Source: Chloropicon primus (lineage: Eukaryota). Taken from it: a DNA stretch of 64,000 bases. Numbering within the stretch: the first letter of the stretch is position 1; each line of letters begins with the position of its first letter. The translations under genes and the position numbers were made by a program. Below, one piece after another: positions 11,296-22,412 of this stretch. The stretch is taken from NCBI GenBank assembly GCA_023205875.1, contig CP060760.1, positions 558,001-622,000 on the forward strand, written 5' to 3'. The notes beneath the pieces were generated by a model, which worked only from the letters and a program-made list of their open reading frames with translations, did no database searches and was not told the origin of the DNA.

Positions 11296-14061
11296 ATGGG
11301 TTGCGGGACGTCAAAGGTGGTTGAGGATGTGAACCCCAGCGGAGCCAAGAGCGAAACGGTGGATAATGTGGGGAAGGCCTCCAAGGGTTCTGTCATATCG
11401 GGGAAGCCGGATAGGATGTCTATGATGTCTCAGGAGACCGTCAAGCCTGGACAGGTGAACAACGATGCGAGAAGGCTCGCTATCCCACTTGAGCAGCAGA
11501 GCATTGAGGAGGAGTTCGGTGAATCCGCAATCGATATCGAGGGCATGGAGGGCTTCAAGGCCAGCTCTCCAGAGGAGCAGGAGGAGTACGAGGTTGTAGA
11601 GAAGGCAATGAGCGAGCACTATCTGTTCAACGACCTCGGTACTGAGTCCCTGAACAAGGTTATCGGTGCTATGGACAAGGTGGAGGTCGGAGCAGGAAAG
11701 ACTGTGATTGAGCAGGGCGACTCAGACGCCAACTACTTCTACGTGGTGTCCAGAGGAGAGCTTGCAATTTCGATAGGACGGGAAACGGCGGTCAAGAGGA
11801 AAAAGTACTCGGTGCAGACCGGCGCGGCCATGCCTGACAAAATGTACACAGCTGGCTCCTGCTTCGGCGAGCTCGCCTTGCTGTATAATACCGTCAGAAA
11901 TGCTTCGATTATCTCAAAATCGAATTGTACTCTATGGAGGCTGGACCGAACGACGTTTAGGAAGCTCCTACTGAATTATTCCTCCGAGAGCAAGAAGATG
12001 AACTTCTTGAGGATCGTTCCACTCTTCAGGGACTTGTCGGATCACACGCTGAGCCAGTGGGGACAGACTTTGACTCAAAAGTCCTTCAAGGGCGGCGAGA
12101 AGATATTCTCTGTCGGCGACCCCGCAAGGTTCTGCGTTGTATATAAGGGAGAGGTGTTTTACAAAAAAGATGACCATGACATCAGGCTGCACGCGACCCA
12201 CTTTTTCGGAGACAGGGAAATCCTCTTTGGCTCTTCTTTTGAGCTGGAGTACACGGCCTGCGAGGAGGGTGCGACGATAGTCTCGATGTCTGCGGACGAA
12301 TTCTTGAGGATGTACAAGTTCCTTGACAATGCACTGGACGACAACATCAAGTTCACAGCTCTGCGAAACATTCCACTTCTCGAGCACCTTACGGAGGAGC
12401 AAGTGATCCAGATCGTGGACTCCTTCACGGAGGAGAACTACATTGACGGCGACGAGATCATCAAGAAGGGTGATCTTGGGCACAAGGTGTACATTGTGAA
12501 GAGAGGTAAGCTGAGGATCCCGCTGCCAAACGGCATTGAGGTGTACTGCAAGCCTTATGACTACGTGGGCGAGAGGGCTCTGCTCTATGAGGAGCCGAGG
12601 GCCGCTTCAGTCTTTTCGGGGTCGGAGGATTGCTGCGTCCTTTCTTTGGAGAGGAAGGACTTTGAGCAACTTTTGGGGCCCCTTAACTTGATCACAAAGC
12701 AGAAGAACGCGCTGAATGTTCTTAGAGAGGTCGATTTCCTGAAGAACACCGAGGAGGACGACCTGGTCGCGCTCGCGGAGGCCATGGAGATCAGCAGGTA
12801 CGAGGAGGGCGACATGATAGTGAAGCAGGGCGAGATAGGCAACACCTTCTATGTGATGAAGGAAGGAAGGGCCGTCGTGACAAGAAACGATGATAAGAGC
12901 AAGGTCCTTGCTCAGTACGAGAGAGGTGGATTCTTCGGAGAGAGGGCCTTGCTCGACGATGAGCCTCGCGCTGCAAACATCAAAGCCTACGGCGGACCAG
13001 TCATCTGCTTCGAGATCACGAGGGAGGTCTTCAACGACCACTTCAAAGCTATGGCGAACGTCATTCGCCTGCAAGCCCGAAGTCTTAGGCAGTTCGAGGA
13101 AGAGAAGGAGATGCACTTCAGCGGCCTTAAGGACATCGCCGTCGTCGGTCACGGTACTTACGGTCGTGTGAAGATGATGCAGTGCAAGAAGACTGGGCGT
13201 GTGTACGCCCTCAAGTCTTTGATCAAGGAGAATATTAAGAACGCGGGAATCCAGTACCAAGTCTTGAACGAGGTGAGGTGCATGGCAGCCCTAGATCATC
13301 CATTCATCACAAGGCTGGTGAAGACGTACACGGATAAGAAGCGAGTGCACATTTTGATGGACTTTGCCATTGGTGGTGAAGTGTTCTCTTACCTAGGCAC
13401 GCCATTCCCTGTAGCATACGTGCGCTTCTATTCTGCTTGTGTTGTCTGCATGCTTGCTCACATGCACAAGAGGTCTATCATCTACAGAGATTTGAAGTCA
13501 GAAAACCTTATGTTGAACCAGGACGGGTACCTCGTCCTTGTCGACTTTAGTTTTGCGAAGACGATTATGAAGGGAGAGAGGACATACACCATTTGTGGTA
13601 CGCCAGACTTTTTGGCTCCTGAGATTATTAAGCAGAGTGGACACGACCGCGGAGTGGACTACTGGGCTCTCGGAGTCCTGATCTACGAGTTCCTCACCTG
13701 TCAGACTCCGTTCAAGGGAGAGTCGCATCACGAGACGTACACAAACATTGTGAAGGGAAAGATCAACTTCCCAAGAAACATGAATAAGAACGCCAAAGAT
13801 CTTATCAAGCGCTTGTGCGCCTTGAACTCCAAAGACAGACTTGGTATGGGGCCAACGGGAATCAAGGAGATCACTTCTCACTCCTTCTTCCAGGGAATTG
13901 ACTGGCAAAAGCTAGAGTCCAAGCGCTACCATGCGCCACTGATACCAGAAGTGAAGAACGCGACTGACACGAGCTGCTTCTGCATTCAGCCACCTGAGAT
14001 GGACGAGCCAAACGACGTGAACGACAATGTATTAGATAGTTTCTTTGGTTCTGAGTTCTAG
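11296..14061 (+). CDS. Cyclic-nucleotide-dependent protein kinase (PKG-like; 4 CNB domains plus AGC kinase)
   Basis: MGCGTS acylation motif; FGELAL/GERAL pockets; GHGTYGRV, YRDLKSEN, DFSFAK, TICGTPDFLAPE. Confidence 0.93.
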   Translation: MGCGTSKVVEDVNPSGAKSETVDNVGKASKGSVISGKPDRMSMMSQETVKPGQVNNDARRLAIPLEQQSIEEEFGESAIDIEGMEGFKASSPEEQEEYEVVEKAMSEHYLFNDLGTESLNKVIGAMDKVEVGAGKTVIEQGDSDANYFYVVSRGELAISIGRETAVKRKKYSVQTGAAMPDKMYTAGSCFGELALLYNTVRNASIISKSNCTLWRLDRTTFRKLLLNYSSESKKMNFLRIVPLFRDLSDHTLSQWGQTLTQKSFKGGEKIFSVGDPARFCVVYKGEVFYKKDDHDIRLHATHFFGDREILFGSSFELEYTACEEGATIVSMSADEFLRMYKFLDNALDDNIKFTALRNIPLLEHLTEEQVIQIVDSFTEENYIDGDEIIKKGDLGHKVYIVKRGKLRIPLPNGIEVYCKPYDYVGERALLYEEPRAASVFSGSEDCCVLSLERKDFEQLLGPLNLITKQKNALNVLREVDFLKNTEEDDLVALAEAMEISRYEEGDMIVKQGEIGNTFYVMKEGRAVVTRNDDKSKVLAQYERGGFFGERALLDDEPRAANIKAYGGPVICFEITREVFNDHFKAMANVIRLQARSLRQFEEEKEMHFSGLKDIAVVGHGTYGRVKMMQCKKTGRVYALKSLIKENIKNAGIQYQVLNEVRCMAALDHPFITRLVKTYTDKKRVHILMDFAIGGEVFSYLGTPFPVAYVRFYSACVVCMLAHMHKRSIIYRDLKSENLMLNQDGYLVLVDFSFAKTIMKGERTYTICGTPDFLAPEIIKQSGHDRGVDYWALGVLIYEFLTCQTPFKGESHHETYTNIVKGKINFPRNMNKNAKDLIKRLCALNSKDRLGMGPTGIKEITSHSFFQGIDWQKLESKRYHAPLIPEVKNATDTSCFCIQPPEMDEPNDVNDNVLDSFFGSEF

Positions 14062-14182
14062 AGGCTGGCAGCAAGGAAAGCGCCTGCGTTGGAATTTTTT
14101 TGGTCGGGCTTTGGCACGAAGAACACACACACACAAGCATTTTGATATTTGGATAAGAGTAATGTTTCAAAAAGAATATCTT

Positions 14183-15655
14183 TTAAGCATCATCACCGCC
14201 ATCCACTTTCAGCCTCTGGACGAACAACCCGTTCCTGGAATTCTTGTTCCTGTCCCAGCGACCCATCCTCGGCTCCTGGCCCACGCCCGCGACGAGAACC
14301 GTCGCGTCGCCGTTGAAAGCCAGGCTGTTGACGTAGCCCTCGACCCGAGGAATGGTGCACACGCGTTGCACTCTGTCGCCCGCGACTTGCTCCTCTGGGT
14401 TGACCTTGTATAAATTAATGTGCCCGTCCCCGCTGCCGCTCGCCACGAGGTCGGTGTTCGGGCAAGCTGCCAGCGAGTGGATCCAGCTTTTGCACGGGTT
14501 CCCCATCGCCGCGGCCTCGTGGGCGCCATGCAGAGTGTAGTTCGGCCTCTTCTTGAACATGCTCCACAAGGACAGGGAGTTGTCTTGGCTGCCCGTGACG
14601 AAGGTTGTCCCGTTCACAAAGCAGCACGAGTCAATGTTCCCAGAGTTTGGCGTCCCCTTAAATAAGAGCTGAGTCTCGTCCTGCACCTTCCAAAGTCTGC
14701 AGGTCCTGTCCTCGCCGACGCTGATCACCCTCTCCTTCCTCAGGCAGTCGAGCTGCATGCAGCCTTGAACGTGCCCGAAGAGAGTGTCCACGTAAGCCAT
14801 GTCGTCCAGGGACCATATCTTGACTGTCCTGTCCCTGCTGCAGCTGAAGAGCTGCATGGTCCCGGTCTGGAACGTCAGCCCGGTCACCTCGCTCTTGTGG
14901 CCCTTGTCAAAGACTTTCACACGGTCTCCCGACCTCGAGTCCCACACGGTTATGGCCCCCGAGTGGCCTCCGGTCACCACAAGCCGCCCGTCGTCCGAGC
15001 AGCATACGGAGTAAAGGGACTCACCAGACGTCGCCGTGGAGGTCCCTCCGCTCGAGTCGGCTCTCTGGCAGTCCCGAACCCTCGCCGTGAACGCGTTGTT
15101 CCTTCTCAGCTCGGTCAGGTCCCAACCCACCAAGGCCCCGCACTTGCTGACGGAGTAGCACTTGGTGTCATCCGCGCTCGGAACGCAGACGCCGGTCAGC
15201 GACTTGCGATGGAAGGCTCCCCCGCCGCTCCTGGACATCGGCCGGCATATCAACCGCCTGCACCCCTCTCCGCTCGGGACCACCTTGTCCGCGATGTGCC
15301 TCTGGTAGTGGCCCCTCTGGGCAAGAGCTTCGACCTTCAGGCGCTCCGATATGTCCACGGGGGCGGGGCCCTCGCCATCCCACTCCTCGACCCCATCCTC
15401 CTCGCCGCCCTGTTCCGCTTCCTTCTGGATCTCCATGGACTTGAGGTAGGCCTTGGCCAGCCGAAGCCTCTTCTGCTCGGGCGTCTCCCTCCGACTTCCC
15501 TTCCCACCACCGCTCTCGACGCCCTCATCCTCGTCGGTGCTCGACCCTCCCAGGCTCACCTCCTCAGACTCCGCGTCCTCCGACTCGCTCGTCACCTCCT
15601 CGCCCTCCTCCGCCGCAAAGGCATCACGATCCTTTCTCTTCCTCACCCTCACCAT
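14183..15655 (-). CDS. RRP9: U3 snoRNP WD40 protein (U3-55K)
   Basis: ETPEQKRLRLAKAYL, AYVDTLFGH, DRTCRLWKV, VGQEPRMGRW. Confidence 0.93.
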   Translation of the reverse strand: MVRVRKRKDRDAFAAEEGEEVTSESEDAESEEVSLGGSSTDEDEGVESGGGKGSRRETPEQKRLRLAKAYLKSMEIQKEAEQGGEEDGVEEWDGEGPAPVDISERLKVEALAQRGHYQRHIADKVVPSGEGCRRLICRPMSRSGGGAFHRKSLTGVCVPSADDTKCYSVSKCGALVGWDLTELRRNNAFTARVRDCQRADSSGGTSTATSGESLYSVCCSDDGRLVVTGGHSGAITVWDSRSGDRVKVFDKGHKSEVTGLTFQTGTMQLFSCSRDRTVKIWSLDDMAYVDTLFGHVQGCMQLDCLRKERVISVGEDRTCRLWKVQDETQLLFKGTPNSGNIDSCCFVNGTTFVTGSQDNSLSLWSMFKKRPNYTLHGAHEAAAMGNPCKSWIHSLAACPNTDLVASGSGDGHINLYKVNPEEQVAGDRVQRVCTIPRVEGYVNSLAFNGDATVLVAGVGQEPRMGRWDRNKNSRNGLFVQRLKVDGGDDA

Positions 15656-16362
15656 GCTTCTCTGCTTCACCCCTCGCCCTCTTCACAAACACTTCCCACA
15701 ACCAATACCGTCGTCAAAACCTTCGACCGAACGATCAAACGAAAAACCGCGAGACGCACTTTCGCTGCTTCAACCTTTCTCCGCCGCTTCGGTTCCACCT
15801 CGTACGCCGTTCCCACAGAAAGCAACAACCCACTCGAGCCCTGCAGCTGCCCTGCTGTGAATGGATCTTCAGCACGCCTCTTCCAAGCCAATCCTGGCGC
15901 CAAAATGTTCAAGTGAAGGATCAAACCAAAGACCGTGAGACGTACTTTCGTTTCGTGATGCTACCTTTCCTTCTTTCCGAGTCGCGCGCCCTCTGTTCCT
16001 ATCGAAAGCAACCCAACCCCGGACCTCCGCGCAACGCTCTGATCGATCGACTGGACGGCGGCTCAACCCCTTTAGGGGAAAATCCAAAATCGACGTCCGC
16101 GGACGAGGGAGGGAGTGGCTCGACTCGACACGAACGAGGACGCCTAGGACGGCAGGGGGCGCAACGAGGGCGAAGGGATTGACCTTGGGATAGAACACCC
16201 CGCGATCTTTCGTTTGATCCCTCGCTTGAACGGTTTGGCGGCTCATCGAGTAAGATCGAAGGGGGTTGGAGCGAGGCGAGGAGGCGAAGGAGATTATTGT
16301 TTTGTGGAGTTTGATCCCTGGTTTGGGATCCTTTGTGTGAGGGCCAAGGAGAGGGGGTCAGG

Positions 16363-17226
16363 ATGGTGGGACGGGGTGGGCTGACGCAGAAGATGATGGG
16401 GGTAATGGACAACATCTTCGCGAACGGGGGGGAGACGGGAACTTCTTCGGGTTCCCCTGCGTCCGCTTCGGGGAGGTCCAAGTCCAACAACAGGAGGGCT
16501 TCGGAGGAGGTGATGGAAGCCGTGGACGAGGGTCTGGATCTGGAGGAAGAGATGGTGCGGGTGACGCAGGAGGAATGGAGCGAGAAGGGCCTGCGCACGG
16601 ACGTCCCGAGGATGCAGCAGCACGTCCTGCTTCAGGCCCTGCTGGAACGAAAGTACGTCACTCTGAGCGAAGCGCAAGAGATCTGTGAGGCCGTCACGGG
16701 CGACCGCGAGAGCCTCTACAGGCTCGTGGGTGAGCTGAACAAGGAACTCCAGGCAATGCAGCTGAGGATCAAATCTTCTACCGTGCCCAAGAACGGCAAT
16801 GAGAGGGGTGTGCAGACCTACCTTTCCCTCATCAATCTGGTGAAGGACGAGTCGGCGACGCAGTCCACCCGAATGTCGTACACGGAAGTCTCCTATTTCA
16901 AGCAGGTGATCGAGGCCATCGTGAGTCAGGAGGCGGTGAACGCTTCGAGCATCGTGCTCATGAATCTCGCGAACCCGCCGCCCGTGCCGAGGCAGTCCCA
17001 GGACCAGGCGTCCACCTCGGCCGCACCCGCCCCGGTTGTCTCCCAGTTCTTGACCAAGAAAGAGAAGGAAAAGGTCTTGAAGAGGCTCAGGAGGGAGGGC
17101 TGGCTCCGGCAACTCAAGCACGACGGGAGAGAGAAGTTAACCCTCGGGCCCCGGACGTACTTGGAACTGAAGTCCTTGCTGCTGGAGATGGACTTGCCTC
17201 AGGGTGTCCGGGACGCTCTCGCATAA
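16363..17226 (+). CDS. NSE1: NSE1-like SMC5/6 subunit (winged helices only)
   Basis: HVLLQALL, ELNKEL..MQLRI, EVSYFKQVIEAI, KEKVLKRL.REGWL, LGPRTYLEL; no C-terminal RING; start codon uncertain. Confidence 0.75.
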   Translation: MVGRGGLTQKMMGVMDNIFANGGETGTSSGSPASASGRSKSNNRRASEEVMEAVDEGLDLEEEMVRVTQEEWSEKGLRTDVPRMQQHVLLQALLERKYVTLSEAQEICEAVTGDRESLYRLVGELNKELQAMQLRIKSSTVPKNGNERGVQTYLSLINLVKDESATQSTRMSYTEVSYFKQVIEAIVSQEAVNASSIVLMNLANPPPVPRQSQDQASTSAAPAPVVSQFLTKKEKEKVLKRLRREGWLRQLKHDGREKLTLGPRTYLELKSLLLEMDLPQGVRDALA

Positions 17227-17366
17227 GCCACCCTCTTCGCAGATGGATCAACTTGAGCGCTCGCACGCGCGCGCTAGAGAGAGAGCAAAGTGATGATGTA
17301 ACGTAACGTGTATATATACCCTATAGTGTGGAGTCCTTTGAAAAAGAAGCATACTTTTGACCACCT

Positions 17367-18110
17367 TTAAGAATTGAAGTCGACGTGAGGCCCGTACAGC
17401 GCAGTCCCCCGCGGCTGAACCAACATGTACGGTTGAACACCACGCAAAGCGTTCGAGTTCCTCGATCCAGAGACCTCACTTCCTCCGGAGATGTTGTTCC
17501 AAAAGAAGGAGGAGGCGCTCTCTCTCGTCGCCTCCTTCCCGAGAGCGGGAGACACTTCCATGTGGCTCCCGCTGGCAGTGGTGGGCAAAACAACGACGCT
17601 GACCGGCCCAGCCTCGACAGCGTACGGCTTGGACGCAGCTGACGCCGCGGTCGCCTTGGTCGCAACAGCACCGCTCGTCCCAGACCTCCTCTCCTGCACC
17701 TCCTTCTCAAGCTGAAGAAGGAGATCCTGTGGAAGATCCTGACTTTGCTGCTGCTTCTCCAGCACTCGTTTCTCCATGCTCCTTCTCTTCGACGCCTTCT
17801 CCGCCTTCCTCTTGCTGCTCCTCGCCTCGGCCTCCCGCCTCCTCGTGTCCTTCGCCGCCTTCCGGACCGAACGCATCGGCATCTCCTCCGGCTCCTCGTC
17901 GTCCACACCATCGCTCTCCTCCTCGGCGTCGTCAAACACGGCTAACCCCTCTCCCTCTCCCTCCTCCTCCCCACGCGAACTAGGCTGGTCCCCCTCCTCC
18001 TCCTCGTTGTCCGAGTCGAACTTCACGTGCTTCCGCTTCCGACTTCCAACCCTTCCGCACCCATCCTCGGTCTCCAGTGCCGCCTTGGCTGCCCTCGTGC
18101 GTCGCACCAT
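17367..18110 (-). CDS. Charged hypothetical protein (possibly NOL7/Bud21-like nucleolar)
   Basis: KRKHVKF, acidic tract, DEEPEE, basic coiled coil, LPQDLL motif; family assignment is weak. Confidence 0.5.
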   Translation of the reverse strand: MVRRTRAAKAALETEDGCGRVGSRKRKHVKFDSDNEEEEGDQPSSRGEEEGEGEGLAVFDDAEEESDGVDDEEPEEMPMRSVRKAAKDTRRREAEARSSKRKAEKASKRRSMEKRVLEKQQQSQDLPQDLLLQLEKEVQERRSGTSGAVATKATAASAASKPYAVEAGPVSVVVLPTTASGSHMEVSPALGKEATRESASSFFWNNISGGSEVSGSRNSNALRGVQPYMLVQPRGTALYGPHVDFNS

Positions 18111-18439
18111 CTCAGCAAACCACGAACTGTATTCGAACGAACAGTCGAAAGCCCGTGAGACGACGCTTCGTCCAGCAACACCCTCTCCCCCTCCAACTCC
18201 CTTCTCCGCCCTCCACTTTGCCCGGAGTAGACGCCTCTCTCTCTCTCTCTCTCTCTCTGAAGCCCCTCGTCGTCCGTCGAAGAGAACACGAAGCATGACG
18301 GCTCTGGAGTGAGGAGGGAGATTGCTTTGCGGAGAGCAAGCAGGTCGTAAGGAGACTGTGTATAAAAATGTAGATACAAGGAGATTCTGTGGTCTGTGGT
18401 CTGTGCCCTTGCCTCTTCTCATCATCGTTGACAGTCAAA

Positions 18440-19753
18440 TCAGCTGCTGAAGGCGGCCTCTGCGGGCACCCTAAAGCTTATTAGGACCATCCTCTTGTTT
18501 GGCGCGACGTCCCGAACTTCGCGGACCAGAGGAGCCTCGTCGTCAGAAAAATTGACGCCAAGGAGACCCTCGACTCTCTCCACAACCCCCCGGAAGAGGA
18601 TCTCCTTTACTTCCTTGTCGGACATTGCCGGCCTCGCGGCCCCCTCCGGCTCCGGGAGCTGCTTCCCGATGAACGTGTAGCAATGAACCCGAGGAAGGTC
18701 GGTCTCCTTCCACACCCTCCGATCAAACAAGCCTCGGAAGACGTCCACGAAGTCCAGACCGGTCGCGGGAAGGTTGATCACCGCATGATTGAACAGCAGC
18801 GGAGGCTCCTGGACCTCCTCCCCGTTGGGTCCTTTCTTCCTCTTGCCGTTTCTCGAGGTCACGTGCCTCACAAACTCCCTGGCGTCCATGCAAAAAATCT
18901 CGGGCATGGCCTTGGCATCGATCTTGTTCAGCTTGCAGTTCACTTTGGCGTACTCCACGCACTTCGGGTTCAGATCGTTGGCGAGCACCCTGCACCCTCG
19001 CTTCGCGGCCGGGATCGTGAAAGGCCCCACGCCGCAAGTCATGTCAAGGATGCAATCGGTGGGCTTGAACACCTCCGTGATCAGCCTGTTGTGCTCGTTC
19101 TCCAGCCTGCTGTTCCAGTACACCTCCGCGAAGTTGAGCTTGAACCGATACCCGTGCTGGATCACGAGCGTCTCCATTTCGTGGGAGCCGGCGATGACCT
19201 CCATCGGCAGCACCCTGAACTGGTTCTCTATCGCTTGAGTCTTGTTCACCACGGTCTTGATCCTGTCGTTCTTGTCCAATATGACCCGCCCTATCAGGCC
19301 CTTGTACGCCAGCTGCTCGTCCCTCAGGTTCAAGTGAGCGATGTGACCGATGGTTTCGAAGCTCGTGGGAATCTCGCCGATCACGTCCTTGGGAATCAGA
19401 GCACCGAGGACCTGGTCTGCCGTCAAGTATTCGTAGCCCAAGGTATGCTTGTACGGCACAGGCTCCTCCAAGTCGTGCTCCTGCATCAATTCCCTCAGCC
19501 TTGGCTGCGCTTCCGGCGTGCACCCCTCGGCGAGAAGGATCATCTTCTTGTCCGCCGCATTGTCAGGCGTCGAAACGATGGTCTTCACCCTGGGCATCTT
19601 CAGAATCAACTTCGCTTTGGCGAGTTGAGACCGAACCGGTCCTATTTTGTTCAGAGGCACCCGGAGAGCAAGAAGGTTCAGGTCCCTCTTGAACTGCTCC
19701 CTATCAAAGTCCTCCCCTGAGACATTGACAACCCCGTTACTCCCTCCTGCCAT
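18440..19753 (-). CDS. TRM5: tRNA (guanine37-N1)-methyltransferase
   Basis: FETIGHIAHLNLR, VYWNSRL..EH, DMTCGVGPF, ANDLNP, NLP, VRDVAPNK. Confidence 0.95.
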   Translation of the reverse strand: MAGGSNGVVNVSGEDFDREQFKRDLNLLALRVPLNKIGPVRSQLAKAKLILKMPRVKTIVSTPDNAADKKMILLAEGCTPEAQPRLRELMQEHDLEEPVPYKHTLGYEYLTADQVLGALIPKDVIGEIPTSFETIGHIAHLNLRDEQLAYKGLIGRVILDKNDRIKTVVNKTQAIENQFRVLPMEVIAGSHEMETLVIQHGYRFKLNFAEVYWNSRLENEHNRLITEVFKPTDCILDMTCGVGPFTIPAAKRGCRVLANDLNPKCVEYAKVNCKLNKIDAKAMPEIFCMDAREFVRHVTSRNGKRKKGPNGEEVQEPPLLFNHAVINLPATGLDFVDVFRGLFDRRVWKETDLPRVHCYTFIGKQLPEPEGAARPAMSDKEVKEILFRGVVERVEGLLGVNFSDDEAPLVREVRDVAPNKRMVLISFRVPAEAAFSS

Positions 19754-20038
19754 CCTCTCCACCCTCCTTCCTCCCTCTCCTCTCCACTTCCCTTTCTCCC
19801 TCTCTCCTTTCCAAAACAACGACGACGAGAGCGACGACGACGAGGACGAGAACGAGGTCAATGGCCCTGGATTCTTCCCCCTCCTGGTCCACGTCAAGGG
19901 CGTCCGGTCGAGCAACGGGATCCAGTTCCAGTTCCAGTTCCGCACCCCTCGGAGCATCGAGGACTTTGTTCTCTCTCTCCCGCCAAAACCACGGAGGTCG
20001 TGATCGATCGTGAAGATCGACAGACGGAGGGGAGGGGA

Positions 20039-20156
20039 CGAGTTTCAACGACGAGGACGTTTGCGGTGCGGGAGGGGAGGGACTCAAGGCGAAACCTCGT
20101 CGCGAGAGCTTTCCATCGGTACCTCGCGCGATCGTTTTGACCCACGGGAAGGTTTG
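20039..20156 (-). repeat. Dispersed ~117-bp intergenic repeat, near-identical to 49574-49690
   Basis: Reverse complement aligns to 49574-49690 with about 5 mismatches by eye. Confidence 0.9.
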
Positions 20157-20202
20157 GGCTTTCGATGGATACGAGGCTTTGAGATGAGAACGAGTTGAGA
20201 AG

Positions 20203-22293
20203 ATGGTGAGAAAAGTATCTCAACAGAAGAGTCCTGCGGAGTTCTTCGCGGAGAACAAGACCATCGCGGGGTTCGATACGCCGGCCAAGTCGCTGTACAC
20301 GTCGGTGAGAGAGCTCGTGGAGAACTCCCTCGACGCCGCGGAGAGGGTTGGGGTGCTGCCGGACGTGAACGTGACGCTGGAGGAGATATCACTGGAGAGG
20401 TTTCAAAAGGTAGGAGGAGCTTGAGGGCAACACTCCCAGCTCGAGTAGAGAGTGTCCCCTTTGCTGACGCTGGATTGGTCTCTTCTTCTTCACCCCTTCA
20501 CCCTTTGTCGTGGTCGCCCGCCGAAGCTTTACGGCGTGGAGGCCACGGAGAGGATCGACAAGGGCCTGTACAAGGACGTGGAGACGGAAAAGGAGCGGAC
20601 GGCTCGGATGAAGAAACAGAAGCAAGCGAGGGACAAGGCCGAGAGGGAGGCCAAGAAGAAAGCCGCGAAAACGGGGGAGAGCGTGGAGGATATCTTGAGG
20701 CGACAGGAGGCTGGAAGGAAGGCAGCGGCCACCAAGTCGCGGAGGGTCTTCTACAGGCTGACCTGCAAGGACAACGGCAGCGGCATGCCGAGCGACGACA
20801 TACCAAACATGCTGGGGAGGGTGCTGAGTAGCACCAAGTACAACTCCGTGATGCAAACCCGTGGGAAGTTCGGCCTCGGTGCGAAGATGGTCCTCATCTG
20901 GTCCCAGATGCGGGTGGCACAGCCGATGGAGGTCAAGAGCGCGGTTTCTGGCCAGGGTTTTGTGTCTTTCCACAGGTTCAACATCGACCTGCACAAGAAC
21001 GCCCCGATCGTGAGGGAGCACAGGAAGCTCCAAAACCCTGGCAATTGGAGGGGAACCGAGATAAGCGTGGTGATCGAGGGCAACTTCGGGAGCTACAAGC
21101 AAAAGTTGCTGAAATACCTCAAGCTCATTGCTATCATCACCCCCTACGCCTCGTTCGACTTTAGGTTCGTGGCCGAGGAGGAGAAGAACTCCTTCTACAA
21201 CACTTACACGCGGAGGACGGACAGGATGCCCGAGCCGCCCCGAGAGGCCAAGCACCACCCCTCTGACGTGGACCTGGAGCTGCTGAAGAAGAAGATCGCT
21301 GGGAGCACGAACAAGAAGCTCTCAAAGTTCCTTAGCGGCGACTTCAGCAACATCACGTCCACCATGGCGAACAGGATGGTGACCGAGCTCAAGCTCGACA
21401 TTGCTCCGAGGCAGATGAACGACAGCCAGCTCCTGAAGCTGCACAATTTCATGCAGCAGGTGAGGTTCGCGGACCCGGATGGCAAGGACCTGTCCCCGGC
21501 GGGAGAGTACAACTTGAGGCTTGGAGTCATGAAGGAGCTCAACCCCGACATGGTGGCGACCCACCAGGGCACTGCGTACGCTTTGGAGGGCCACGCCTTC
21601 ATTGTGGAGGCCGCGGTGAGCATTGGGGGCAAAGATCCTGCCATCGAGGCGAACCAATTGAACGTGTTCAGGTTTGCGAACAGGATCCCTTTGCTGTTCG
21701 AGCAGGGCAACGATGTCATCACCAGGACGGCCAACCAACTGAAGTGGAACAAGTACAAGATCGGCTTGGAGCAAGGAATCGGGGTCTTTGTGAGCATAGT
21801 GAGCACCAAAATTCCCTTCAAGGGGACGAGCAAGGAGTACATAGGAGAGAATGACAAGATCTCTGCGGCCATCAAGAGATCTCTTGAGCAGTGCGCCCAG
21901 CAGCTCAGGACAAAGCTTGCGAAGAAGGAGGAGGCAAAGCAGCAAGGGGAGAAGAAGAAGAACCTCGAGCTTTACATCCCTGACGTCAGCAGGGCTGTGC
22001 ACAGGGTCCTGAGCACCCTGAAAGATTTTGACCAGACCAAGAAGCGGTGCATCAGGGACAGCCAAGAGGAGCTCCTGGACGGCATAAAAAAGAGGAAAGT
22101 GCTCGTCACCCATTTCACGGAAGCTCTGAAGAAGTACGTGGACAAGAAGTACGAGGAAGACGGCCTGCAGTATCAGATGCAGAACAAGAACAAGAGCAGG
22201 GTGGAGGACATCTTCCTCGCCAGCTTGGCGAGCGAGCAGAAGCTCATGCCGCCCCTGACGAACGGCGTGTGCACGATTCAGTTCCTCAAGTAG
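20203..22293 (+). CDS. TOP6B: DNA topoisomerase VI subunit B, intron 20410-20526
   Basis: SPAEFFAENK.IAGFD, RELVENSLDA, DNGSGM, QTRGKFGLGAK, RFANRIPLLF, KIPFKGTSKE. Confidence 0.96.
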
Positions 22294-22412
22294 AGGTGCG
22301 GATAGGAACGACGGACCACCGCCAAAGTTGTTCCTTTGTGTAAAAGTAATGTACTACATAGAGAGCCTTGCAAAAACACAACACAGAAAAAAAAAGCCAA
22401 AGAGACCAGCGA

